Part shown: piece after piece, positions 28,984 to 39,690 of the stretch
Layout: every line of letters starts with the position of its first letter
Position numbering within the stretch: the first letter of the stretch is position 1
DNA from: an uncultured Gemmatimonadales bacterium
Lineage (GTDB): Bacteria > Gemmatimonadota > Gemmatimonadetes > Gemmatimonadales > GWC2-71-9
DNA: 64,000 nt
NCBI GenBank assembly: GCA_963842945.1
Contig: CAWJIM010000005.1
Location: 1 to 64,000, forward strand
Reading direction: 5' to 3'
The notes under the pieces: generated by a model
The model's database searches: none
Told to the model about the DNA's origin: nothing
What the model saw: only the letters and a program-made list of their open reading frames with translations
Translations under genes and position numbers: made by a program

Positions 28984-30555
28984 TTAGTCGCTACCGAGCC
29001 GAATCCGCTCGATCCGGCGGTTCTTGGCCTGGGTGTTGTAGATCCTGAGACTTACGATATCGCCGGCCTTGTAGTTCTTGAGGGCCTGGCGCAGATCCGC
29101 CGGAGTCTTCACCGGCTTGCCTTCGAGATCCAGAATGATGTCCGGCCCTCCGTTATCCGGGTCGGCCACCTCGCCGTAGGCGGGACCACCGGGGCTCACG
29201 CCGGTCACCAGTAGCCCGCGCTGCTCAGCAGGCAGGTTGAGCTGCTGCACATCGTCCCGGTCCAGGGACTGGACGGTGACACCCAGCAGGTCGATGGACG
29301 TGGCGCCGGCGTCATCGGCGGTGTCGCCGTTGTCAGCTCCGTTCTCCGACCGGGCCAGCTCGCTGGCGGGCTTCACTTCCTGCAGTGCGACTTCGTAGGT
29401 CTTCCGGACACCGCCCTTCCGGGCCACTTCGACCTTGAGCTTCTCACCGGGCTTCCGGAACCCGACCTGCTGCTGCAGCTGGCCGACGTATTCCACTGGC
29501 TTGCCGTCGAGCGCGATGATGATATCGCCTTCCTGAATACCGGCCTTCCGGGCGGGCGAGTTCTCAGTGAAGTCCTGCACCAGCACGCCGCGAATGTCCG
29601 GCAGTCCTACGTATTCGGCGTCATTGGCCGTGGCGTTCTGGACGCTGACCCCCAGCGCGGCACGGTGCACCCGGCCATCGGCAATGATCTGATCCATCAC
29701 CTTGTGGGCCAGGTCGATCGGGATGGCAAAGCCGTAGCCGGAATAGAACCCGGTCTGGCTGGCGATGGCCGAGTTGACCCCGATGACCTCTCCCTTCACG
29801 CTGACCAGCGGGCCACCCGAGTTGCCCGGGTTGATGGCAGCATCGGTCTGGATGAAGTCCTGAATACTGCGGTCGGACTGGCCGGGAAGAGCCAGGGTCC
29901 GCCCCTTGGCGCTGATGATGCCGGAGGTGACGGTGAACGTGAGGTTATCACCCAAAGGATTACCCACCGCCAGAACCCACTCGCCGACTCGCGCATCGTT
30001 GCTGCTGCCCAGCGGTGCCGGCGTGAGGTTCGGGGCATCGATCTTGAGTACGGCAAGATCGGTGTTGGGATCGGTGCCTACCACCTTGGCCTTGAACTCA
30101 CGCCGGTCGAGCAGGCGCACCGTGACCTGGTTGGATCCATCAACCACGTGATTGTTGGTCAGGATGTAGCCGTCTTTGGATACGACGAACCCCGAGCCGG
30201 AGCTCTCCTGAAACTCGGGCTCCTGCATGGGGGGGAGGTTGAAGAACCGCTCGAAGCCGGGGGGAACCTGCATCCGGGGGGCGTTCCGCGCCGTCTGATT
30301 CTTCCGTCCCGACTTGATGTACACCACGCTCGGCTTGACGTGCTCCGCCACCGAGGCAAATGACTCGCTCAGGTTCTGGAGTGCGGCCGACCCGGTTGGA
30401 GCATCGCGACTGCTGGAGGCAGCGCTGTACGCGGTGCCCTGCTGCTGGGCGGCCGTTTGATAGGGCAGATGGAAGACCCCCGCGGTCAGGAGACCAACGG
30501 CAAAGGCCAAACCGACGCCGCCGGAGCGTAACCGGCGAAGCCATCCGTGCGACAT
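28984..30555 (-). CDS. degP: DegP/Do family serine protease with two PDZ domains
   Basis: SGSGF, LTNNHVV, TDLAVLK and QTDAAINPGNSGGPL motifs. Confidence 0.93.
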   Translation of the reverse strand: MSHGWLRRLRSGGVGLAFAVGLLTAGVFHLPYQTAAQQQGTAYSAASSSRDAPTGSAALQNLSESFASVAEHVKPSVVYIKSGRKNQTARNAPRMQVPPGFERFFNLPPMQEPEFQESSGSGFVVSKDGYILTNNHVVDGSNQVTVRLLDRREFKAKVVGTDPNTDLAVLKIDAPNLTPAPLGSSNDARVGEWVLAVGNPLGDNLTFTVTSGIISAKGRTLALPGQSDRSIQDFIQTDAAINPGNSGGPLVSVKGEVIGVNSAIASQTGFYSGYGFAIPIDLAHKVMDQIIADGRVHRAALGVSVQNATANDAEYVGLPDIRGVLVQDFTENSPARKAGIQEGDIIIALDGKPVEYVGQLQQQVGFRKPGEKLKVEVARKGGVRKTYEVALQEVKPASELARSENGADNGDTADDAGATSIDLLGVTVQSLDRDDVQQLNLPAEQRGLLVTGVSPGGPAYGEVADPDNGGPDIILDLEGKPVKTPADLRQALKNYKAGDIVSLRIYNTQAKNRRIERIRLGSD

Positions 30556-30876
30556 AAGAACTCCCGCAAAGAGAACAGTATTTCCGGAGCCGATTGCTCC
30601 AGCCGGATAGTGTAATGTCTGTGCGGGAGTTTTCGTCGCGGCTCAATCCGCGTATTGCCGCCGAGAATCGGAAGAAGTGGTTGGCGGCGGGACTGAAACG
30701 TCGCCCCGAAGCGTCGCGTAAGGCCTCCACCTCCCCGCAATTCCTGATCGCCCGACCGTCCTGAGCGTATCTTTCGGGGTGCAGCGGCGAACGGGGATTG
30801 ACCGAACGTGCGCTCCGGACCATCATCCGCGCCCGCGAGCGGTGGCTGTCGCCGGCTCTTCACACCTGGAGAAGTG

Positions 30877-32859
30877 ATGTATCAATTGGGAACTCGCAGC
30901 TCAGTCTTTGTGGCCACTACCTTGGTCGCGATCTCCGCGGGCTGTTCCAGCGGTCGAAGCGAGCCCAAGACCGCCCCGTCACCGGGAACAGGCACAGCGG
31001 CGCCGCGCGGCGCCATGGAGGTGCCCATCTCCGATGCCTTCGAGCGTGCCACCTCCCGGGGCACTCGTACTCACTCGGGCGAGCCGGGCCCGAAGTACTG
31101 GCAGCAGTGGGCCGACTACCGGCTCGAGGCCGAGCTGAATCCCGTTGCGAAGCGGCTCACCGGTAAGGGAACGGTGACCTACCAGAACCGTTCGCCCGAC
31201 ACGCTGCGGGAGGTCTACGTGCAGCTGCTGCACAACCTCTTTGCGCCGGGCGCGCGGCATAACACCGATGTCCCCTGGGCCTTGGAGGGCATCGAGCTCA
31301 GCCGGGTCGCGGCTCAGGGACAGGATCTCAAGCCAGGAGAGGGAGATTCTCCAGGCTACCGGGTCGAGGGCACCATCATGCAAGTGAGGCTGCCCAAGCC
31401 CCTGCCGCCGGGGGGATCAGCCACCTTTGACTTCGCCTGGCGGCTCCGGATTCCGCCGGACGGCGCGCCGCGCGGTGGCCAGGACGGCGAGACCTACTAC
31501 ATCAATTACTGGTATCCCCAGATGGCGGTGTACGACGATGTGGACGGCTGGCACACCGACCCGTACCTGGGCAATGCCGAGTTCTACATGGGGTACGGGA
31601 ACTACGACGTGGCGGTGACCCTCCCGGCCGGCTGGCTGGTCGATGCCACCGGGCGGCTGCAGAATGCCTCCGAGGTGCTTTCGGCCCAAACCAGGGCCCG
31701 GTTGGATTCTGCCGCTCATTCCAGCGGCGTGATCCACGTCGTCACCGAAGGAGACCGCAAGGCAGGGACGTCCACCACCGCCGGCGTCAACGGCAAACTG
31801 ACCTGGCGCTATCGGGCTGAGCGGGTGCGCGATGTTTCCTGGGCCGCATCGCCCAAGTATCTCTGGGACGCCACCAACGCTGTGGTGGGCGACGTCACTG
31901 GAGACGGCCAGCCGGACACCACCGCGATCTACTCCTTCTACCGGCCCGAGAAGCGCATCAGTCACTGGGACCAGAGCGCCCGGTACAGCCGGCATTCGAT
32001 CGAGTTCTTCTCCCGGTTTCTCTCGCCCTATCCGTATCCTCACATGACTGCGGTGGACGGTCCCACGTCCTGCGGCGGGATGGAATATCCGATGATGACC
32101 TGTATTGGAGGACAGTGGGACACGCTGGGCCTGTACGAGGTCACCACCCACGAGATCGGCCATATGTGGTTTCCCATGATGGTCGGCTCCGACGAGAAGC
32201 GTTACGCCTGGATGGACGAAGGGCTCACCCAGTTCGACCAGTCACAGTCCATGGCCGATTTCTTCAAGGGCTTCGACGACGAGGCACGGAATCGGAAGAA
32301 CTATCTCGACTTTGCGGAAACGGAGAGCGAAGTCGAGCTGATCCACCATGGCGACCACTATCCCGACTACGGCTCCTATGGCGTGGCAAGCTACTACAAG
32401 CCGGCAACCATCATGGTGGCGCTCCGGGGAGTGCTGGGAACAGACACTTTCAACAAGGCGTACAAGGAGTACATCCGGCGCTGGGCCTATAAGCACCCCA
32501 CCCCGTACGACCTGTTCAACACCTTCGAGAATGTGTCCGGCCGGGATCTATCCTGGTTCTGGCGCAGCTGGTTCTTCGAGACCTGGAAACTGGATCAGGG
32601 CATCGATACCGTGACCACCACCGGCAACTCGCTCGACATCGTGGTGCTCAATCAAGGCAAAATCCCCATGCCGGTCCATCTGACGGTGACCCGAATCAGT
32701 GGCCCGGTCGAGCACGACACCCTGCCGGCCGACGTCTGGTTCAAGGGGCGGCGCCAGACCATTCGGGTGGCCCGCGAGCCCGCCATTCGCAGCATAGAGA
32801 TCGACGCGGAAAAGGAATTTCCCGATCTCGACCGCAGCAATCAGGTCTGGCCGCGGTAG
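30877..32859 (+). CDS. M1 family metallopeptidase (lipoprotein)
   Basis: ISAGC lipobox; GGMEYP, HEIGH...WMDEG and YYKP motifs. Confidence 0.92.
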   Translation: MYQLGTRSSVFVATTLVAISAGCSSGRSEPKTAPSPGTGTAAPRGAMEVPISDAFERATSRGTRTHSGEPGPKYWQQWADYRLEAELNPVAKRLTGKGTVTYQNRSPDTLREVYVQLLHNLFAPGARHNTDVPWALEGIELSRVAAQGQDLKPGEGDSPGYRVEGTIMQVRLPKPLPPGGSATFDFAWRLRIPPDGAPRGGQDGETYYINYWYPQMAVYDDVDGWHTDPYLGNAEFYMGYGNYDVAVTLPAGWLVDATGRLQNASEVLSAQTRARLDSAAHSSGVIHVVTEGDRKAGTSTTAGVNGKLTWRYRAERVRDVSWAASPKYLWDATNAVVGDVTGDGQPDTTAIYSFYRPEKRISHWDQSARYSRHSIEFFSRFLSPYPYPHMTAVDGPTSCGGMEYPMMTCIGGQWDTLGLYEVTTHEIGHMWFPMMVGSDEKRYAWMDEGLTQFDQSQSMADFFKGFDDEARNRKNYLDFAETESEVELIHHGDHYPDYGSYGVASYYKPATIMVALRGVLGTDTFNKAYKEYIRRWAYKHPTPYDLFNTFENVSGRDLSWFWRSWFFETWKLDQGIDTVTTTGNSLDIVVLNQGKIPMPVHLTVTRISGPVEHDTLPADVWFKGRRQTIRVAREPAIRSIEIDAEKEFPDLDRSNQVWPR

Positions 32860-35060
32860 TGCCCCGGGTCATCATCGTCGCCAACCGGCTGCCGGTGACG
32901 GTCAGCCCCACCGAATCCGGGGTGGAGGTCCAAAAGAGTACGGGTGGCCTGGCAACGGGATTGCTGCGGCCGCACGAGCAGTCCGGCGGGGTCTGGATCG
33001 GCTGGTCCGGCAGCACGGAAGAGGATCTCTCGGAGCTGCAGCGAAAGGCGTTGCAGGAAAAGCTGTCGGACATGCGGCTGGTGGCCGTACCCCTCACTGG
33101 GGCGCAGGTGGCCCGGTACTACGAGGGGTACTCCAACGGCGTGCTGTGGCCGCTCTTCCATTATCTGCTCGACCAGATCCCGCTCCACGTCAGAGACTGG
33201 GACGCCTACGTCGAGGTCAACGAGCAGTTCGCCGAAAAGGTCGCCCAGCACTATCGGCCCGGTGATCTGATCTGGGTCCACGACTATCAGCTGCTGCTGC
33301 TCCCCCAACTGCTGCGGCGGCGGCTGCCTGACGCCCGAGTGGGCTTCTTTCTTCACATCCCCTTTCCCAGCGAGGAGCTGTTCCGCATCCTGCCCGAACG
33401 CGATCAGGTTCTCCGGGGACTGCTCGGAGCCGACCTGGTTGGCTTTCACACCCCCGCGTACCTGCGGCACTTCGCCGCCTCGCTCACGCAGATCCTGGGA
33501 CTCACGGTGGATATCGATCGGGTTCAGCTGGCCGATCGGGATGTCCGGCTCGGTGTGTTCCCCATGGGGATCGACGCCGAATCGTTCCGGAAAATGTCCG
33601 AGGCTCCTGGGGTGGCTGCGGAGGCCCTGACCCTGAAGGACAACGGAAACCTGAAGCTGCTGGTAGGAGTGGACCGGCTGGACTACACCAAAGGCATTCC
33701 CCGGCGACTGCTCGCCTACGAGCGGATGTTGGAGGCGCACCCCGATCTGCGGGAGGGAGTGAGACTGGTTCAAGTGGCGGTGCCCTCCCGAACCAACGTC
33801 GAGGCCTACCAGGAAATCCGGGCCTTGGTCGACGGCCTGGTCGGCCGGATCAACGGCGCTTTTGGTACGCCCCGTTGGGTGCCGGTTCACTACATCTATC
33901 GAGGCCTGTCGGAACCGGAGCTGGTGGCGCTATACCGGGCGGCAGACGTCATGCTGGTTACTCCGCTTCGGGACGGTATGAATCTCGTGGCGAAAGAGTT
34001 CGTGGCCTCGCGGATCGACGGAGACGGAGTGCTGGTTCTGAGCGAGTTTGCCGGGGCTTCCTGGGAGTTGCCCGAAGCCATCCAGGTGAATCCGTATGAT
34101 GTGGAAGCCACCGCGGAGAGCTATTACCGGGCCTTGACCATGGCTGCTGAAGAGCGCCGGGCGCGGCTCGCTCCGCTGCGAGCGCGGGTCGAGGCGTATG
34201 ACGTGCACCGCTGGACGGCAAGCTTTCTCGAGCAGCTGGAGACCATCACCCGCGCCGCTGCTATCGCGCGCCGGGCTCCAGCCCCGGGCTCGGCTGCGCT
34301 GCGGGAGCTGACGGCCCGGCTGCAGGACGCGGAAAGCCTATTGGTTCTCCTGGATTATGACGGGACTCTGGTGCCCTACACGGCCACCCCGGAGCTGGCC
34401 CGTCCCGATCCCGTGTTGCTGGAGCTGCTGTCCGCGCTCGCCAGCCGGCCAAACACCGAATTGCATGTGGTGAGCGGGCGAGCGCGGGAGACGCTGGAGC
34501 AGTGGTTGGGCAGTCTGCCGATTGCCCTGCACGCCGAACACGGTTTCTGGTCTCGCGGGCTCGGCGAACGCGAATGGGTTCCCGCCGGTGAATTAGGACC
34601 GGCCTGGCGGGAGCCGGCTCTGGGAATTCTCCGGGAGTTTACCTCCCGGACACCCGGTTCCCTCACGGAGGAGAAATCGGTCGCGCTGGCATGGCACTAC
34701 CGCATGGCGGATCAGCAGTCGGGTGCTCGACGGGCCAACGAGCTGCGACTGCATTTAACGCAATTGCTCAGCAATCAGCCGGTCGAGATTCTGGCGGGCC
34801 ACAAGGTGATCGAGATCCGCCCCTACGGGATTCACAAAGGAAGGATTGTCCCGCCGATTCCCCCAGACCGGCTGGCCTCCGTGGTAATCCTCGCAATCGG
34901 GGACGACCGGACCGACGAAGACCTGTTCACCGTGCTCCCACCCGAGGCGATCACGATCAAGGTTGGTCCCGGAGCAACTCATGCCCGGTTCCGGCTGGAA
35001 GGGGTACCGGCGGTACGAACATTCCTGGCGTCTCTGGTTCAGGCGGAGGTCCCAAGATAG
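32859..35060 (+). CDS. otsAB: Bifunctional trehalose-6-phosphate synthase/phosphatase
   Basis: [40 protein letters not shown] domain with DYDGTL and GDDRTDED. Confidence 0.95.
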   Translation: MPRVIIVANRLPVTVSPTESGVEVQKSTGGLATGLLRPHEQSGGVWIGWSGSTEEDLSELQRKALQEKLSDMRLVAVPLTGAQVARYYEGYSNGVLWPLFHYLLDQIPLHVRDWDAYVEVNEQFAEKVAQHYRPGDLIWVHDYQLLLLPQLLRRRLPDARVGFFLHIPFPSEELFRILPERDQVLRGLLGADLVGFHTPAYLRHFAASLTQILGLTVDIDRVQLADRDVRLGVFPMGIDAESFRKMSEAPGVAAEALTLKDNGNLKLLVGVDRLDYTKGIPRRLLAYERMLEAHPDLREGVRLVQVAVPSRTNVEAYQEIRALVDGLVGRINGAFGTPRWVPVHYIYRGLSEPELVALYRAADVMLVTPLRDGMNLVAKEFVASRIDGDGVLVLSEFAGASWELPEAIQVNPYDVEATAESYYRALTMAAEERRARLAPLRARVEAYDVHRWTASFLEQLETITRAAAIARRAPAPGSAALRELTARLQDAESLLVLLDYDGTLVPYTATPELARPDPVLLELLSALASRPNTELHVVSGRARETLEQWLGSLPIALHAEHGFWSRGLGEREWVPAGELGPAWREPALGILREFTSRTPGSLTEEKSVALAWHYRMADQQSGARRANELRLHLTQLLSNQPVEILAGHKVIEIRPYGIHKGRIVPPIPPDRLASVVILAIGDDRTDEDLFTVLPPEAITIKVGPGATHARFRLEGVPAVRTFLASLVQAEVPR

Positions 35061-36412
35061 ATCGCCACCCGCCAGGGCTTCTGGTTCTCTTCGTAACCGA
35101 GCTCTGGGAACGCTTCGCGTATTACGGGGTGCGCGCCCTGCTCATCCTGTACCTGATCGACACTACCGCAGGCGGTCTGGGCTGGAGCCGGGAGCATGCA
35201 AGCCGGCTGTATGGCTGGTACAACGGTTTGCTGTATTTGACCCCCGTCGCGGGTGGATGGCTGGCCGACCGGCTTCTCGGAGCCAACCGGTCGCTGGCCA
35301 TCGGCGGCGCCATCATCTGCCTGGGTTATTTCACTCTCGCGCTGGGCACCGAGTCGACTTTTTACGGCGGGCTGGTCCTCATCATCATCGGGACCGGGTT
35401 CTTCAAGCCCAATGTGTACACCATGGTCGGCCAGCTCTACTCACCTCACGATGTCCGCCGCGATTCCGGCTTCACTCTCTACTATATGGGAATCAATCTC
35501 GGCGCCCTGTTCGGTCCTCTGGTGTGCGCCTGGTTTGCAGTCAGTCCGCGGTTCGGCTGGCCCTGGGGATTTGGGGTGGCCGGCGTCGGCATGCTCATCG
35601 GCCTGGCTTTTTATCTGGGGACCAGGGCCGATCGCCTTTCCGGGGTGGGAATGCGACCGCTCGCCTCTGCCGGCGCCTATGGAAACGCTCGAGAGGCCGG
35701 GGAGTCACTGACTGCGCAAGAGCGGCAGCGAATACTGGCGCTGGCGCTGGTGACGATCTTTGTGGTCTTCTTCTGGCTGGCCTTCGAGCAGGTGGGCTCG
35801 TCTCTCAATCTCTTTGCCGCGCAACGGACCGACCGGACGCTGAGCGGGTGGGCAGCGGAATGGGTTCCGCAGGGCAAAATACCGGCGGCCTGGTTTCAGG
35901 CCGTGAATCCTCTCTTTGTCCTTCTGCTTGCTCCCGTGGTAGCGCGCTGGTGGCAGAGGCTGGGGTCCCGGGCCCCGAGCACTCAGGCCAAGATGGCGCT
36001 GGGTCTGGTCGCTCTCGGGCTCGGGTACCTGATCATGGTGCTGGCCGCGGCGAAGAGCGACACCGGAGCTCTGGTGAGCCCCTGGTACCTGATCTCGTTC
36101 TACTTCGTGTACAGTCTGGGCGAGCTCTGCTTTCTGCCGGCTGGTTTTTCCTTTGTAGGTCAGGCCGCACCGGCGCGGCTGGCCTCCATGTTGATGGGCC
36201 TCTGGCTGGCGGCAAACTTCCTGGCCAATCTGATCGGCGGCTACCTGGCGGGCACGATCGAGGGGTTCGAGCGGGGGGAATTTGCCTGGGCCCTGGGAGG
36301 TCAGGCGGATTTCTTCCTGCTGTTTGTGGTCTCCTGCCTGGGGGCCGGAGCCCTGCTATACCTCCTGCTGCCACTGATTACCCGGCTCATGCGCTCGGCT
36401 GCCGCGAGCTAG
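35057..36412 (+). CDS. POT/PTR peptide MFS transporter (start apparently ATA)
   Basis: HPPGL..LF.TELWERFAYYG, GFFKPN, YMGINLG, FEQ.GS and FQAVNP motifs. Confidence 0.9.
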   Translation: MDRHPPGLLVLFVTELWERFAYYGVRALLILYLIDTTAGGLGWSREHASRLYGWYNGLLYLTPVAGGWLADRLLGANRSLAIGGAIICLGYFTLALGTESTFYGGLVLIIIGTGFFKPNVYTMVGQLYSPHDVRRDSGFTLYYMGINLGALFGPLVCAWFAVSPRFGWPWGFGVAGVGMLIGLAFYLGTRADRLSGVGMRPLASAGAYGNAREAGESLTAQERQRILALALVTIFVVFFWLAFEQVGSSLNLFAAQRTDRTLSGWAAEWVPQGKIPAAWFQAVNPLFVLLLAPVVARWWQRLGSRAPSTQAKMALGLVALGLGYLIMVLAAAKSDTGALVSPWYLISFYFVYSLGELCFLPAGFSFVGQAAPARLASMLMGLWLAANFLANLIGGYLAGTIEGFERGEFAWALGGQADFFLLFVVSCLGAGALLYLLLPLITRLMRSAAAS

Positions 36413-36425
36413 CTTTCCGGGAGCC

Positions 36426-36728
36426 TCAGATGCTCTGAAGTATGGTGCGCTTCAGCTCACGGATGCGCGCCTCGTCCCGCCGATAGAAGGTCCACTGCTT
36501 GATTCGCTTGGAACGGATGAGGCCGGCGCGGGCCAGCACTTTCAGGTGCTCGCTGGCCGTCGGCTGGCTCACCTTGAGCTTCTCCGCGATCAGCAGCCCG
36601 CACACGCCATCGCGCACCAGATCGCCATCGACCTGAGGACGAAAGTGTGCCCGCGGGTCCTTCAGCCATTCCAGAATCTGCAGCCGGCGGTCATTGGCCA
36701 GCGCCCGCAGTCCGGCATCTATCGTCAT
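36426..36728 (-). CDS. ArsR/SmtB family regulator
   Basis: ALAN..RLQILEWL...GVC...SQPT.SEHL..L..AGL....RIKQW.FYRR. Confidence 0.9.
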   Translation of the reverse strand: MTIDAGLRALANDRRLQILEWLKDPRAHFRPQVDGDLVRDGVCGLLIAEKLKVSQPTASEHLKVLARAGLIRSKRIKQWTFYRRDEARIRELKRTILQSI

Positions 36729-36755
36729 ATTGCTAATTAGCTAATTAGCTATATG
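36726..36755. promoter_or_regulatory. 30-bp near-perfect palindrome, operator candidate between divergent genes
   Basis: CATAT-T-GCTAATTAGCTAATTAGC-T-ATATG. Confidence 0.75.
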
Positions 36756-36788
36756 TTGGTCAAGGGCCCGAGCACCCGGAGACAGTGT

Positions 36789-37742
36789 ATGGCCGGCGTC
36801 ACCCATGCCGTGATCGACCGAGAGCGCATCAGCGCTACCGAGAACGTCATCCGCCCGCACATCCGCCGCACCCCGGTCGTCCACCTGCAGGGCACCGAGC
36901 TCGGCGTTCGGGCCGGCCGGGTGAGCCTCAAGCTGGAGTTTCTGCAGCACTCCGGTTCGTTCAAAGCTCGGGGCGCCTTTGCCAACCTCCTCCTCCGCCC
37001 GGTTCCCAGTGGCGGTGTGGTTGCCGCTTCCGGTGGAAACCATGGAGCCGCGGTGGCGTACGCCGCCCGCGTGCTGGGTCACGCCGCAACCATTTTCATC
37101 CCCTCGATCTCTTCCCCGGCCAAAGTGGAGCGCATTCGCAGCTACGGCGCTACCCTGATGATCGGAGGCGAAGATTATGACGACGCGCTCCGCGCCAGCG
37201 AAGCCTGGGCTTCAGGACACGATGCGCTTCGAGTTCACGCCTTCGACCAGGAAGAAACCCTTTGGGGGCAGGGCACCCTGGCCTTGGAGCTGGAAGCGCA
37301 GGCGCCCGACCTCGATAGCCTGCTGGTGGCTATCGGGGGTGGCGGACTTCTGGGCGGCACAGCGGCCTGGTATGGGCGGAAGCTGCGGCTGATCGCGGTC
37401 GAGCCGGAAAGGTGCCCCACGTTGACTCGCGCGTCTGCAGAGGGTCGTCCGGTGGACGCCGAGGTCGGCGGCATTGCCGCCGATTCACTCGGTCCACGAC
37501 GAGTTGGCGAGCTGAACTATTCCATCATACGGGACGCTCTGGAGCAGACGGTGCTGGTCACGGATGCCGAGATTCACGCTGCACAGGTGGCGCTGTGGAA
37601 TCAGCTCAGGATCGTGGCGGAGCCTGGCGGGGCAACGGCGCTCGCCGCGCTGCTGAGCGGAAAGTACCGTCCCCGAGCCGGGGAGCGGACCGGCGTGGTG
37701 ATCAGCGGGGGCAACACCGTCGCCGTCAACTTCGATCGCTAG
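36789..37742 (+). CDS. Threonine/serine dehydratase family PLP enzyme
   Basis: LKLE.LQHSGSFKARGA, ASGGNHG, IGGGGL, EPGGA and ISGGN motifs. Confidence 0.92.
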   Translation: MAGVTHAVIDRERISATENVIRPHIRRTPVVHLQGTELGVRAGRVSLKLEFLQHSGSFKARGAFANLLLRPVPSGGVVAASGGNHGAAVAYAARVLGHAATIFIPSISSPAKVERIRSYGATLMIGGEDYDDALRASEAWASGHDALRVHAFDQEETLWGQGTLALELEAQAPDLDSLLVAIGGGGLLGGTAAWYGRKLRLIAVEPERCPTLTRASAEGRPVDAEVGGIAADSLGPRRVGELNYSIIRDALEQTVLVTDAEIHAAQVALWNQLRIVAEPGGATALAALLSGKYRPRAGERTGVVISGGNTVAVNFDR

Positions 37743-37748
37743 GAGTCC

Positions 37749-38216
37749 ATGGGCGCTACCATTGCAGCCCGTCTGGCGGAGCTCGGACTCGAGCTCCCGA
37801 ATGCTACCGCGCCGGTCGCGAACTTCGTTGCCTGCGTCCAGAGCGGCCACACCCTGTTCATCTCGGGGCAGATCAGCTCTTGGAACGGTGAGCTCCGGTA
37901 TGTCGGCAAGGTGGGTCGCGATATCTCCGTGACTGACGCGAAAGCGGCCGCCCGGCTCTGTGCCCTCAATCTGATCGCTCAGGTGCAGGCCAGTCTGGGA
38001 GATCTCGAACGGGTTCGCCGGGTGTGCATGCTCCAGGTGTTCGTCAACGCTGCCCCCGATTTCAGCGATCATCCGCTGGTGGCCAACGGGGCGTCGGACC
38101 TCCTGGTCGAGGTATTCGGCGCCGCCGCCGGCAAGCACGCGCGATTCGCGGTCGGAGCGGGGTCGTTGCCGTTCAACGTGGCCGTCGAAGTGGCCGCGGT
38201 AATGGAGATCGGGTGA
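37749..38216 (+). CDS. RidA family protein
   Basis: [27 protein letters not shown] motifs. Confidence 0.92.
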   Translation: MGATIAARLAELGLELPNATAPVANFVACVQSGHTLFISGQISSWNGELRYVGKVGRDISVTDAKAAARLCALNLIAQVQASLGDLERVRRVCMLQVFVNAAPDFSDHPLVANGASDLLVEVFGAAAGKHARFAVGAGSLPFNVAVEVAAVMEIG

Positions 38217-39181
38217 AGGCCATCCGGATCCATCAAACCGGTGGGCCGGAGGTTCTCCGGCTGGAGGAGGTGCCCGACCCGGCACCGGAACCGGGAGAGA
38301 CTGTGGTCCGGCTGGAGGCCATTGGTCTCAACTTCATCGAGGTCTATCAGCGCACCGGCCTCTATCAGTCAGCCTTGCCGTTCACTCCGGGCGGGGAAGG
38401 TGCCGGAAGGGTCGTCGCGGTGGGCAAAGACGTCTCTGCCGTCAAACCGGGCGACCGGGTGGCCTCCACCAGCCTGAGGGGCTCGTATGCCGAACTGGCC
38501 CGGGTTCCCGCCGACAAACTGGTGCCGGTTCCCGACGATGTAGACACCACCCTGGCCGCGGCCGTTCTGGTTCAGGGACTCACGGCTCACTACCTGGCCA
38601 TCTCGACCTACCCGCTGCCCCAGGGGTCCTGGTGTCTGATTCATGCCGCCGCTGGGGGTGTGGGGCTGCTGCTGTGCCAGATTGCCAAGGCCCGGGGTGC
38701 CCGGGTGATCGGCACGGTCTCGACGGAGGAAAAAGCAGCCCTGGCAAGGGAGGCCGGGGCCGATCACGTCGTGCTGTATACGCGGCAAGACTTCGTATCC
38801 GAGGCTCGGCGGCTAACTGGCGGCCGCGGGGTGGCGGTGGTGTACGACTCCGTCGGACAGTCCACCTTCGAAGGCAGCCTGAACAGTCTGGCTCCACGCG
38901 GAATGCTGGTGCTCTTCGGACAGTCGAGCGGTCCGGTGCCACCGGTAGATCCCCAGGTTCTCAATGCCAAGGGATCGCTGTATCTCACCCGTCCCACGAT
39001 CACACATTACACGGCCAGCCGTGACGAGCTGCTCACCCGCGCACGGGATCTCTTTCTCTGGATGGAGTCAGGCAGGCTGCGGGTGCGCATCGACCGGACG
39101 TACCCCCTGGCCGATGCCGCGGCAGCTCATCGCGCATTGCAGGCCAGGGAGACGAAGGGCAAGGTCCTTCTTCTCCCGTGA
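38213..39181 (+). CDS. qor: NADPH:quinone oxidoreductase (zeta-crystallin-like)
   Basis: [26 protein letters not shown] and GSLYLTRP motifs; GTGA coupling. Confidence 0.92.
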   Translation: MKAIRIHQTGGPEVLRLEEVPDPAPEPGETVVRLEAIGLNFIEVYQRTGLYQSALPFTPGGEGAGRVVAVGKDVSAVKPGDRVASTSLRGSYAELARVPADKLVPVPDDVDTTLAAAVLVQGLTAHYLAISTYPLPQGSWCLIHAAAGGVGLLLCQIAKARGARVIGTVSTEEKAALAREAGADHVVLYTRQDFVSEARRLTGGRGVAVVYDSVGQSTFEGSLNSLAPRGMLVLFGQSSGPVPPVDPQVLNAKGSLYLTRPTITHYTASRDELLTRARDLFLWMESGRLRVRIDRTYPLADAAAAHRALQARETKGKVLLLP

Positions 39182-39194
39182 AGCACCAACAGGC

Positions 39195-39614
39195 TTACTG
39201 AGTCGGAACGGCGGCGGGATCGATTCGCTTCAAGGCCCGGCGAGCGGAGGCGGCAATCTCGTCGTTGATTTCCTCGTCCACCATCTGCTGCAAGCGGGGC
39301 ACTGCTGCTTTGGCGGCGGGCCCGATCTCCATCAACGCAACAGTCACGGGGAAGCGTACCGAAGGCGCCGGGTCGTCGAGGGCTTCGATCAGGGCAGGGA
39401 CCGCTGCTGCGGCTTCGGCTCCCATGCCGGCAATCTCGTAGGCTGCCGCGTTGCGGGTCTGCGGCGCCTGGGCCTTGAGGTCGGCAATCCATTGGCTCAA
39501 TGGACGGCCGGCGGACATCGGCTCCTTCGAGTGCGCCGGCTTGGCCTGGGCCGATAAGCTCGAGCCCCCCAGCAAAATTGCCGCACCCAATACCACTACG
39601 AAACGCTTCAGCAT
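39195..39614 (-). CDS. Exported HEAT-repeat protein
   Basis: Signal peptide; AVPALIEALDD..PSVR and AVPRL repeats. Confidence 0.8.
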   Translation of the reverse strand: MLKRFVVVLGAAILLGGSSLSAQAKPAHSKEPMSAGRPLSQWIADLKAQAPQTRNAAAYEIAGMGAEAAAAVPALIEALDDPAPSVRFPVTVALMEIGPAAKAAVPRLQQMVDEEINDEIAASARRALKRIDPAAVPTQ

Positions 39615-39690
39615 TGCTACTCCTGCATGGAGGTTGCCCCCTTCAGGGGCCTTGCGGAATATAAGCGCCTCCTGATGCTGAAAATGCTGC

